In this document: in pieces, positions 8,724-16,723 of the stretch
Position numbering within the stretch: the stretch's first letter is position 1
Layout of the letters: every line of letters starts with the position of its first letter
Virus record (IMG/VR): IMGVR_UViG_3300027898_000001
Origin: a virus
Taxonomy: Duplodnaviria > Caudoviricetes
Length of the DNA: 64,000 nt
Strand: one strand, 5' to 3'
Notes under the pieces: model-generated
Databases searched by the model: none
Told to the model about the DNA's origin: nothing
What the model saw: the letters and a program-made list of their open reading frames with translations, nothing else
Made by a program: the position numbers and the translations under genes

Positions 8724-10421
8724 ATGAATCTCAATGGTCACTTATCGGTCGCTGGTCAGATTAAGAATTTGAAATTTGAACAATTGGCAACCGATCCAGC
8801 TTCTCCCGCGTTATCACAAGCTTGGTACAACACTACTACTCTTGCGTTGAAATATTACGATGGTGTTTCAGTACAAATCATTGCAACTGGTTCAGGTGCA
8901 TTGTCTCAGTACATGAAACTCGATGGCTCTGCTTCTATGACAGGTCCTTTGACCTTGTCTTCTGCTGACCAAACTGGTGCACCTGATACTACTGCTGCTG
9001 CAAAAGGTTATGTTGATACTGGCTTGGCTACTAAACAAGCTACCATCACTGGTGCTGCTACTTCAATCGTTTCTGCAAACTTGGGCGCAAGCCTTGCTGT
9101 AGTTTCTGATTCAAGTGGTAAAGTTGCTGTTGCTGCTACCACCACTGCTGCTGAAATTGAATACGTACACGGCGTAACTTCTGCAATTCAAACTCAATTG
9201 AATGGCAAACAAGCTACTATCGGTTACGTACCAGTTAACAAAGCTGGTGATACCTTAGGCGGTGCTTTGAATCTTGGTGGCAACACCTTGACAGGTATTG
9301 CTGCACCTGTAAATGCTACGGATGCTTTGCGTAAAATCGACTTAGATGTTGCACTTTCTAAGATGGATTTCCAAGCAGACGTAGACGGTGTTCAAGTTGA
9401 TGCTACTTTGGATCCAGGTGCTACTCCTGCAACAGGTGCTCGTTATGTTATCAGCAACCCTGCAGCATTGCATGCCAATTTCGGTACAATCTCTGGCGTA
9501 GCAGCTAACGACATTGTACAATACAACGGTACTGCTTTCGTTGTTGCGTATGACGTAGTTGCTCAAGGCCAAGGCGCTTTGGCTTGGGATCGTTTGGGCG
9601 GTATGTTCATTCGTTATAACGGTACTAACTGGGCTGAGTTCGGTGGATTGTCTGGTGTAACTACTGGCGTAGGCTTGTCAAAATCTGGCAATACTATTTC
9701 TGTAAACCTTGGTGCAGGTATCACTTCATTACCAACTAATGAAGTTGGTGTTGACGCATTGGCAGCTGGTGGCTTGTTCACCACAGTTGATGGTTCTACT
9801 GCATCTACTGCATCTAATGCACAGTTGTCGGTTAAACTGTCGGATGCTGCGTTAGCATTGTCTACCTCTGGTTTGACTATCGCTGCAAATGGTGTTGTTG
9901 CTTCTCATTTGAACACTTCTATCGTTGGTAACGGTTTGCAAGGCGCTGGCGGTACTGCACTGTCTGTTAAAACTGCCTCTGCTTCTGGTATCATTGTAGA
10001 CGGTACTGGTGTTTCTATTGATGACACTGAATTACGTAACCGTGTTGTATACCGTGATGGTGCTCAAGCAATGACTGGTCCTTTGACCTTGTCTTCTTCT
10101 GACCAATCAGCTGGTAGCTCAACTACTGCGGTATCTAAAGGTTACGTAACTGGTTTGGTAGCGGGTTCTACTACTGCTATCACTAACTTGACCACTCGTT
10201 TGGCTGCGGGTTACTTCATGTATGATGGTACAGCTTCTGCTGTTACCTCTGCAACTGTTACCCACAACATGAACAACAAGTATGTTCAAGTTAGCATCGT
10301 TGATGAACTTGATGAAGTGATTATCCCTGAATCAATCACATTCACCAGCGCCAATGCTTTGTCTGTTACTTTTGCCGTAGCTCAGAAATTCCGCGCAATT
10401 GTTACTGGTTTAGCTAACTAA
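8724..10421 (+). CDS. Tail fibre/virion structural protein
   Basis: 565 aa, Ala/Gly/Thr-rich. Duplicated MTGPLTLSSxDQ...KGYV motif, GNGL/GxGL fibre repeats, C-terminal THNMNN domain, strong ggt/gct/act codon bias. Confidence 0.8.
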   Translation: MNLNGHLSVAGQIKNLKFEQLATDPASPALSQAWYNTTTLALKYYDGVSVQIIATGSGALSQYMKLDGSASMTGPLTLSSADQTGAPDTTAAAKGYVDTGLATKQATITGAATSIVSANLGASLAVVSDSSGKVAVAATTTAAEIEYVHGVTSAIQTQLNGKQATIGYVPVNKAGDTLGGALNLGGNTLTGIAAPVNATDALRKIDLDVALSKMDFQADVDGVQVDATLDPGATPATGARYVISNPAALHANFGTISGVAANDIVQYNGTAFVVAYDVVAQGQGALAWDRLGGMFIRYNGTNWAEFGGLSGVTTGVGLSKSGNTISVNLGAGITSLPTNEVGVDALAAGGLFTTVDGSTASTASNAQLSVKLSDAALALSTSGLTIAANGVVASHLNTSIVGNGLQGAGGTALSVKTASASGIIVDGTGVSIDDTELRNRVVYRDGAQAMTGPLTLSSSDQSAGSSTTAVSKGYVTGLVAGSTTAITNLTTRLAAGYFMYDGTASAVTSATVTHNMNNKYVQVSIVDELDEVIIPESITFTSANALSVTFAVAQKFRAIVTGLAN

Positions 10422-10430
10422 TTGGCTTAT

Positions 10431-10456
10431 TAAGGGTGGCTAGTACAGCACCCTTA
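10431..10456 (+). terminator. Stem-loop after the fibre gene (weak terminator or stabilising hairpin)
   Basis: TAAGGGTG/CACCCTTA 8-bp stem with only a short U tract. Confidence 0.5.
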
Positions 10457-10473
10457 ATTTCTGGAGTGATGCG

Positions 10474-11073
10474 ATGAAACATAATGGTACAATTGATCTC
10501 CAGGGTAACCTACTGAAAAATATAACGCTGGAAACAGTGGTAAATTTTCCAGCAACGGCTAAGCCTGGAAGTTTTATCTTTAAAGACAAACGTGTAATGA
10601 TATGTGTCGAAATAGATAATGGTGTGCCTTTTTGGGTTCCGTTAACGAATGAAGTTGACACATTCATCTATACTCAAGCTGTGGCTGCAACTACTTGGAC
10701 TATTAATCACAATCTTAACAGTAGCAATACTATTGTTCAGATTATTGATGGTTCTGGTAATCATATTGTTCCAGACACTATTGTGCAGACGTTTGATACA
10801 ACTACTGTTACCTTCATTAATGCGCAAGCAGGTAGAGCTATTCTTATGCTCGGTTCAATTGAAGGTAGTGATCGTCCAAACTTTGCGTATGAGCAGACTT
10901 TCTCTGTTGCTTCTACGACTTGGGTTGTTCCACACACTCTCGGTTATTATCCAGCAATTCGTGTGTTCATTGGTAATGCGGAAGTTCAACCACTGTCGAT
11001 TGTACATGACTCGTTGAACCAAGCGACTATTACGTTTAGCACACCACAAACTGGTATGATCCGCGCGATCTAA
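10474..11073 (+). CDS. Virion structural protein with two WxIxHxL beta domains
   Basis: N-terminus is paralogous to 8724. Contains WTINHNLN and WVVPHTLG repeats. Confidence 0.7.
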   Translation: MKHNGTIDLQGNLLKNITLETVVNFPATAKPGSFIFKDKRVMICVEIDNGVPFWVPLTNEVDTFIYTQAVAATTWTINHNLNSSNTIVQIIDGSGNHIVPDTIVQTFDTTTVTFINAQAGRAILMLGSIEGSDRPNFAYEQTFSVASTTWVVPHTLGYYPAIRVFIGNAEVQPLSIVHDSLNQATITFSTPQTGMIRAI

Positions 11074-11084
11074 TTGGAGGCCGT

Positions 11085-11303
11085 ATGCAAACTGTTAGAA
11101 GTTATACACATACACAAGCCACTGCCTCCACAACTTGGAACATTAATCACAACTTAGGTACAATGGCACCAATCATTGATACTTATATTTACGTGAATAG
11201 TGTTTTAACAAAGATTCTACCACTTAGCGTAACTGTTACAGATGCTTACAATGCTGTGATCACATTCTCTTCGGCACGTAGCGGTACAGCAGCTTGCCGA
11301 TAG
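11085..11303 (+). CDS. Small virion protein, single WxIxHNL domain
   Basis: WNINHNLG motif, RBS GGAGG. Confidence 0.7.
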   Translation: MQTVRSYTHTQATASTTWNINHNLGTMAPIIDTYIYVNSVLTKILPLSVTVTDAYNAVITFSSARSGTAACR

Positions 11304-11313
11304 GAGGCGACCT

Positions 11314-11883
11314 ATGTTAGCAGATGGATTACAACTAGCTAGTGGGAGTCAGATTGTACGTACAATCCTAGATGATGCACACAGAGGTACAACTTTACCT
11401 GCTAGTGCTGCTGATGGTACAGAGTTTGAACTAACTTCAAAGTCAGGTAATAACTCTGCTGGGATATACATTTACGTTGCTGCTGAATCGGCTTGGGTCG
11501 TGAAATATCCAAACAATGATTTAGTTCCATACGATGTGAGTGGTTGTACGATTGGAGGTATTGCAAATGCTGCTGTTATTCAACGGCATTTGGCGGTAAG
11601 AAGTTTTAAACTGAAATCTGGATTTGAGAGCTGTCTAGCCCAAGCACTCAATGCTCCAAGTGTTGATACTACCTTTTCTATAACTCGAATCAGTCGTACT
11701 GGTCAGAGTGTTGCAATAGGTAGTTTGTTTTTTGCTGGTGGCGAAACAGTTGGTGTTTATACTCAAGTGGGTAGTGGGGATATCCTGTTTAGTGCAGGTG
11801 AACTACTTGTTGTGAAAGCACCAACTACAGCAGATCAATTCATTTCAGACGTTTCGTTTACTTTAGCAGGTACTCTTGTCTAA
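11314..11883 (+). CDS. Virion structural beta-sandwich protein
   Basis: RBS GGAGG. Beta-rich C-terminal domain resembles 11930 and 12339. Confidence 0.6.
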   Translation: MLADGLQLASGSQIVRTILDDAHRGTTLPASAADGTEFELTSKSGNNSAGIYIYVAAESAWVVKYPNNDLVPYDVSGCTIGGIANAAVIQRHLAVRSFKLKSGFESCLAQALNAPSVDTTFSITRISRTGQSVAIGSLFFAGGETVGVYTQVGSGDILFSAGELLVVKAPTTADQFISDVSFTLAGTLV

Positions 11884-11889
11884 TCCCAT

Positions 11890-11913
11890 TGGGCTCCTTG
11901 TGGGCCCATTTTT
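11890..11913 (+). terminator. Rho-independent terminator
   Basis: TGGGCTC-CTTGT-GGGCCCA followed by TTTTT, immediately after the stop at 11883. Confidence 0.6.
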
Positions 11914-11929
11914 ATTTCGGAGACAAATC

Positions 11930-12337
11930 ATGCTCGTTGATAGCCCAGTACTCGCAGGCTCAAGCAGTCTACTTATTGGACAAGCTAAAGATAAAACATT
12001 AACCCAAGCCGGTACTCTGGCAGTAGTAACAGGCGTTACTCGTTGGACACTAACTAACGCAATTCGTATTACTTCTATTGTAAGTCGTGTGGAAACACCT
12101 TCTGTAGGTAGTGATATTCAGATAACTGTTAAGAAAAATGGCATATCTGTTACAACTTCACCTATTGTTATTACTGCGAACACTAACGTAAATACTACTT
12201 TGGCGGCTGCAATGATTACAAATAAAGTTACAGGTGTTGCTGGAGATTATTTCACAGCAGACGTTGTCCAAGTAGGCAGCACCACATCAGGTTCTGATCT
12301 GACCGTGAAGATAAACTATGTAATAACTGGAGCTTAA
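11930..12337 (+). CDS. Virion structural beta-sandwich protein
   Basis: Start moved from 11876 to ATG 11930 (RBS GGAG, downstream of the terminator). TVKKNG...AGDYFTADV pattern. Confidence 0.6.
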   Translation: MLVDSPVLAGSSSLLIGQAKDKTLTQAGTLAVVTGVTRWTLTNAIRITSIVSRVETPSVGSDIQITVKKNGISVTTSPIVITANTNVNTTLAAAMITNKVTGVAGDYFTADVVQVGSTTSGSDLTVKINYVITGA

Positions 12338-12338
12338 T

Positions 12339-12761
12339 ATGAACTTTGACGGTGTAACTATTGTCGATGAAGCATATCCAGTTAATTCTACATCTACTCA
12401 AGCATTGCAAGGTTACACACCTAGTGGTATCACATTAGATCACACATTGGCTATAATAGGTGCATTGCAAGTAGGATATAAAACATCTTGGTATGTTCCT
12501 GTAGCCTGTACTATAAGTGCATTGCACTTCGGTGTGGGGATTGCTATTCCAACTAATTCATTCACTGTAACTGTGCAAAATAATGGTACTACTATTTACA
12601 CTGCTACATTTAATTCTGGTGTACAATTACTAGATGTTTTAGGTACTGCGTTAACCTCAGCAACATTAGCTGCTAATGATCTATTAGCATTCACGGTGTC
12701 TACGGTTAATAATGCGGTGCCTGGGTATCATTTCTCTGTTCAAATTGATTATAAGGTGTGA
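12339..12761 (+). CDS. Virion structural beta-sandwich protein
   Basis: TVQNNG...AANDLLAFTV pattern, paralogous to 11930. Confidence 0.6.
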   Translation: MNFDGVTIVDEAYPVNSTSTQALQGYTPSGITLDHTLAIIGALQVGYKTSWYVPVACTISALHFGVGIAIPTNSFTVTVQNNGTTIYTATFNSGVQLLDVLGTALTSATLAANDLLAFTVSTVNNAVPGYHFSVQIDYKV

Positions 12762-12765
12762 TATA

Positions 12766-12987
12766 ATGTTACCTACTAATCATATTGTTGGTGAAAGTGT
12801 TATAGAATTAGATCATTATGTTATTGATTGTAGTGGAGCTGATTCTGAGTTTGAGCGAGATAAACACAACTTTGTTTTCCAACACATAAAGGCTGATGTA
12901 ATTTTCATAACGCGCTGTGAAGGCAACAAAGTAAACATTGCAGTAAACAAAGAGGCGATAGTTCCTTTAGAACTCATTGTAATATAA
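12766..12987 (+). CDS. Hypothetical protein
   Basis: Start moved to ATG 12766 (RBS AAGGTG). TAATG coupling to the next gene. Confidence 0.55.
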   Translation: MLPTNHIVGESVIELDHYVIDCSGADSEFERDKHNFVFQHIKADVIFITRCEGNKVNIAVNKEAIVPLELIVI

Positions 12988-13190
12988 TGGAAATATTCAT
13001 TTCATTGTCGTCAAACGAAATAGTTGTGTCAGACAGTAATGTGCAAAGTAAGATTAGTGGTATTAAGAAGAAACGTCGCAGAGCACAAATAAAAATGGCG
13101 GAGAAAGCGAATAAAGAAAATGCTCGTATTTTAAAAGAGAATAATATTCGCGGACACCATCGCATGGATAATTTTGGTATCGACAAATAA
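12987..13190 (+). CDS. Small basic protein with MEIFISLSSN N-terminal motif (candidate internal head protein)
   Basis: KKKRRRAQ basic cluster. N-terminal motif shared with 14979 and 15647. Confidence 0.6.
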   Translation: MEIFISLSSNEIVVSDSNVQSKISGIKKKRRRAQIKMAEKANKENARILKENNIRGHHRMDNFGIDK

Positions 13191-13216
13191 AACATTAAAT
13201 CAGTAGGGGATTTATT

Positions 13217-13540
13217 ATGATGAACACCGATCAGATTATATCTACATTAAAAGCCAAGTATGCAGCTATTGTTCCTATAGTAGTGGCAATACTTAGTGCT
13301 GTTTTAGCATTCTTTAGCTATCAGTATTATATGCAAAGAAAAGCAGATAGCGCTAGAGTAGTTCAGGAAAACACCACGAATGTGGAAAATGAAAAGGTCA
13401 TTGAAGACGACCATAAAGAAGTTGTAGTTGCCCAAGCGCAAGTGGAAGTAGCAGTACAGAAAGCAGAAGATATACAACTTAAACCAACCGTACCGACTCC
13501 AGATGTTCAGGCCTCTGTAGACGAATGGAACAAAAACTAA
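13217..13540 (+). CDS. Inner-membrane spanin-like (Rz-like) protein
   Basis: One N-terminal TM helix and a periplasmic helical region, located in the lysis cassette. Confidence 0.55.
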   Translation: MMNTDQIISTLKAKYAAIVPIVVAILSAVLAFFSYQYYMQRKADSARVVQENTTNVENEKVIEDDHKEVVVAQAQVEVAVQKAEDIQLKPTVPTPDVQASVDEWNKN

Positions 13541-13554
13541 TTCTAATCGTATAG

Positions 13555-13959
13555 GTGAATGATATGACAGCAGTTACTACTATTGCAGGATTTGATATTG
13601 CTCAAGTTAAAGATGTTGCTATGATAGGTCTATTTAGCACAGCAGGCTTTAGCATTCGTCTTGTGAAGAAATTTATTTCAGAAGGTGTGCATCCTTGGGA
13701 TTATATCCGCTGCTATTTTGTACGCACTATGAGCAGTTGGTTTACCATTACAGGAGCTGCTGTTACCAATTACATGACAACTAATGATATGCACGCCATT
13801 ACGTATATCACTATGGCGTATATGGCAGATAGTTTGATTAATAAAGCACCTACGCAACAAGAACTAGATGCGTATCAATCTCTTGTTGCAAAAGACGATA
13901 AAGCAACCGTCTCTATTATTGCTAAGGCAAATGATGCTGTTATTGAGGAGAAAAAATGA
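13555..13959 (+). CDS. Holin-like membrane protein
   Basis: Two to three hydrophobic segments and a charged C-terminus, located in the lysis cassette. The start may be ATG 13564. Confidence 0.5.
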   Translation: MNDMTAVTTIAGFDIAQVKDVAMIGLFSTAGFSIRLVKKFISEGVHPWDYIRCYFVRTMSSWFTITGAAVTNYMTTNDMHAITYITMAYMADSLINKAPTQQELDAYQSLVAKDDKATVSIIAKANDAVIEEKK

Positions 13960-14417
13960 TGATGAAGTATTTGTTTGTACTGTGTGTAGTATTGCTAACT
14001 GGTTGTGCTACAGAATTGCAAGTAAAGCCTACAAACCACTACAGTGATATTAAATCTATGGATCCTATCCATGTAACTGTAGAAACTTATCCAGAAACAA
14101 AAGCAATTGTTGTACCGTATAACGGGCATACAGTAGCAGCTTTTGAGAAAGATGATTTTGATAAGTTACGTGAATTTAAAGACAAGGCAAATAAGAATGC
14201 TCAGGTGCTTACTGCGACCATTGATGCTTCTAATGCCCTTGTAACGCAGAATAATGCTTTGTTGAATATGGCTAAGGCAGAAGAACGACGGGCTAATGAT
14301 TTAGAACAAGATTTGTCTCGAACAGAAACACAGTTGCGTAATGAAGAAAAATCTAAATTGTGGGATTCTTTGTTCTATAAGATTATAATTGTTCTTGGTC
14401 TAGCCTCACATTTCTAA
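13956..14417 (+). CDS. Spanin-like lipoprotein (o-spanin or unimolecular spanin)
   Basis: Lipobox LTGC, coiled coil, hydrophobic C-terminal tail LFYKIIIVLGLASHF. Confidence 0.65.
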   Translation: MMMKYLFVLCVVLLTGCATELQVKPTNHYSDIKSMDPIHVTVETYPETKAIVVPYNGHTVAAFEKDDFDKLREFKDKANKNAQVLTATIDASNALVTQNNALLNMAKAEERRANDLEQDLSRTETQLRNEEKSKLWDSLFYKIIIVLGLASHF

Positions 14418-14428
14418 GGTGAATTATT

Positions 14429-14974
14429 ATGAGCGCATTACCTGTAATTATCGGTAAAACAAACGATCAAATATCAGAACACTTCCAGTATCATGAAGTA
14501 GTAGATAGTTATGATGCTGACCGTCAAGGTATTGATAACCAAGTTTACAATCCAGAGTTTTTGTTGAATGCAAAGGCATTGGCAGAGAATGTGCTTGAGA
14601 AGATTAGAGCACATTTCTTTTCCATAACTGGACACGGTGTTAATATTAATAGTTGGTACCGTTGCGAAGCGTTGGAGCACTATGAGTGTGCAGCAGCGTT
14701 TGTTGATTGGTGCAAACAACGTGGTATCGACCCGAATGCTCCAGATGCTTGGTTCTCTTACTTTCAACGTAAGTCGCATCCAGCCGCGTGTGCAGCAGAT
14801 ATTCATATCGTAGGTGTCTCTAATCAAGACGTGTACAACTGGATTTCAGCTAATTTAGAGTTCGATCAGTTGATCTTAGAGTTTGTTAATCCCAAAGTTC
14901 CGGGTAGTGGTTGGGTCCATGTTAGCTGGAATCGCTTTGGACACAATCGCAAACAATCATTCTCAATAGGATAA
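14429..14974 (+). CDS. Endolysin, peptidase M15 family Zn peptidase
   Basis: SWYRC, SHPAACAAD (His and Asp ligands) and GWVHVSW motifs. FDQLILEF is typical of phage M15 lysins. Confidence 0.85.
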   Translation: MSALPVIIGKTNDQISEHFQYHEVVDSYDADRQGIDNQVYNPEFLLNAKALAENVLEKIRAHFFSITGHGVNINSWYRCEALEHYECAAAFVDWCKQRGIDPNAPDAWFSYFQRKSHPAACAADIHIVGVSNQDVYNWISANLEFDQLILEFVNPKVPGSGWVHVSWNRFGHNRKQSFSIG

Positions 14975-14978
14975 GATA

Positions 14979-15636
14979 ATGGAAATCGAATTTTCTTTAT
15001 CAACAAATGTAGTAAGCATTAAAAAGAATAAGCCTAAGATAAAGTTACCTGAAATGTTACAATCTGATGGCTTTGATAGACTTTTTTAAGGATATTCCTG
15101 ATTCAGAGTTGGACTTACTTATTGGTAAATATGCATCACGTAAAAGATACGATAAGACAACGGCTTATATTAAGGTGATAGGTGTTCAACGCATTTTTAA
15201 TGGTAAACTAGCTTTGCGTGGCGTCGAAGATTACAAGCACGATCCACATCAGGTTGGCTCAGCGTTGAAGTTAAAAGAGTTGACGTTTTTAGAAGGTAAG
15301 CCTGTTGAGTACTGGGAACCTAATGACTCGTCAGATAAAACAAATAGAGATTTAACAGATTCTCTATTTATCGCTGTGAAGCAGTTATATCCAGATGCAG
15401 TGAAAGGAGTTAATAATGATGATAAGGAGCAGCATAGATATAACATAATTGTGCGCCGTAATCACTTCGTGAAAAATAAATTTGTTGTTGGTAGTGTTTG
15501 GCAACTGTCAGACGGCAGCATACAATCAAACTTCTTCAATGCGAATTACGATTATTCCACATTACATTCTAAAAACATTGATGATTTAATGGTGAATACA
15601 AAATTTAAAATATTCTTAGCAAGATCACTAAAGTAA
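14979..15636 (+). CDS. Hypothetical protein spanning a +1 frameshift (ORF 14979..15089 joined to ORF 15067..15636)
   Basis: The upstream ORF has RBS AGGA and the MEIEFSLSTN motif and ends CTT TTT TAA G. A +1 shift gives ...DRLF-KDIPDSEL. ATG 15067 has no obvious RBS. Confidence 0.55.
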
Positions 15637-15646
15637 GGTTGATGTT

Positions 15647-15709
15647 ATGGAAATTGAAATATCTTTATCTAGTAATAGTATTGATTACTGGCATTGCATA
15701 CTACTTTAG
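15647..15709 (+). CDS. 20-aa peptide or gene remnant, MEIEISLSSNSIDYWHCILL
   Basis: RBS AAGGT 7 nt upstream. Third copy of the MEIxxSLSxN motif. Lies at the convergent strand junction. Confidence 0.4.
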   Translation: MEIEISLSSNSIDYWHCILL

Positions 15710-15806
15710 CGGATTTGATTACCTCATCTGTCAATACTTCACCTTCGACCATAACTGTTTTTAGGTCTTCTCGTAATTCTGCCTCTAATTCTTCACGATT
15801 TAACAT
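15669..15806 (-). CDS. 45-aa acidic hypothetical protein (absent from the ORF track)
   Basis: MLNREELEAELREDLKTVMVEGEVLTDEVIKSAKVVCNASNQYYY*. Last ORF of the minus-strand block. RBS weak. Confidence 0.4.
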   Translation of the reverse strand: MLNREELEAELREDLKTVMVEGEVLTDEVIKSAKVVCNASNQYYY

Positions 15807-15925
15807 AAATTGTATCAGCTTCACGTTATTGGAACACACCATTTAGGGGCGGTTTTAATGCTACTCCACAGGTGTGGAACCATGTTGTCCTACGGTGTTA
15901 TTTAACATTCTCTACTTGTATTACA

Positions 15926-16723
15926 TCAACTTTCATTATGCACATCCTGATAACTTACAATGAACTTCGCTTTGCGTAACCAGTGATCGGCTAAGCATCG
16001 CATACAAGTGTGAGCAGATCGCGTACAATCACCATCGTGTTCAGCTTCCATCCAAACCATAAAATTAGGAACGCTAACACTACCTATATTATCACCGTCT
16101 TCGTGTGGCTCATCAATCTCATAACTGGCGAGAGCTAATGCAAGTTTTAAGATACGATTATCTTTAGCATCACGATTATCGAGTTGAGACCGTTTAATAG
16201 GATTTTCTTCAGGTTCAAATGGTACTACTATTGGATGACCATTAAAACTTTCAGATTCAGTTATTTTAGGTGTATGTTCTTCGTCAATAATACCTACAGA
16301 AATAAATGTAGTATCACGATCTACGATAACTCTATTTGCTGTTCCTAAATGCGATAGTTTTATTGTAGATACTGTTGACTCAGATACAATAGTAGCACTT
16401 GTGATTGTCGCAATATTTTGTAAAGCACCTTTTCTTAACTCACCGAATCCTGGTGCTTTACACGCAACTACTCTTATGTAACCACGTATCTTATTCACTA
16501 CTAGCGTAGATAACGCCTTGCCTATAATATCCTCAGCAATAATAATCAGTGGACGTTTTGAATTAATAACTTCCGTTAGTATAGGAAGAAAGGGTTCTAT
16601 TTCGTTGAGTTCTCCATCAACTAATAAAACATACGCATTTTCAAACACTACGTTCAATTCAGAATCGTTGTTAATAAAGTAAGGTGATAAGTAACCTTGA
16701 TCGAAACGTGTCTCGTCTATCAT
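15926..16723 (-). CDS. groEL: GroEL apical-domain-only protein fused to a Cys/His-rich C-terminal domain
   Basis: Residues ~1-145 align with E. coli GroEL ~191-337 (FDQGYLSPYF, LIIIAED, ALSTLVVN, KAPGFG, DTT). No equatorial ATPase domain. C-terminal HDGDC-x5-C-x2-C. Confidence 0.9.
   Translation of the reverse strand: MIDETRFDQGYLSPYFINNDSELNVVFENAYVLLVDGELNEIEPFLPILTEVINSKRPLIIIAEDIIGKALSTLVVNKIRGYIRVVACKAPGFGELRKGALQNIATITSATIVSESTVSTIKLSHLGTANRVIVDRDTTFISVGIIDEEHTPKITESESFNGHPIVVPFEPEENPIKRSQLDNRDAKDNRILKLALALASYEIDEPHEDGDNIGSVSVPNFMVWMEAEHDGDCTRSAHTCMRCLADHWLRKAKFIVSYQDVHNES

Noticed and set aside
15926-16723. GroEL pseudogene caused by frameshift or assembly break
   Set aside because: No equatorial-domain sequence is present in any frame upstream (that space is the intact exonuclease). 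The start is coupled and the boundaries match the structural domain.
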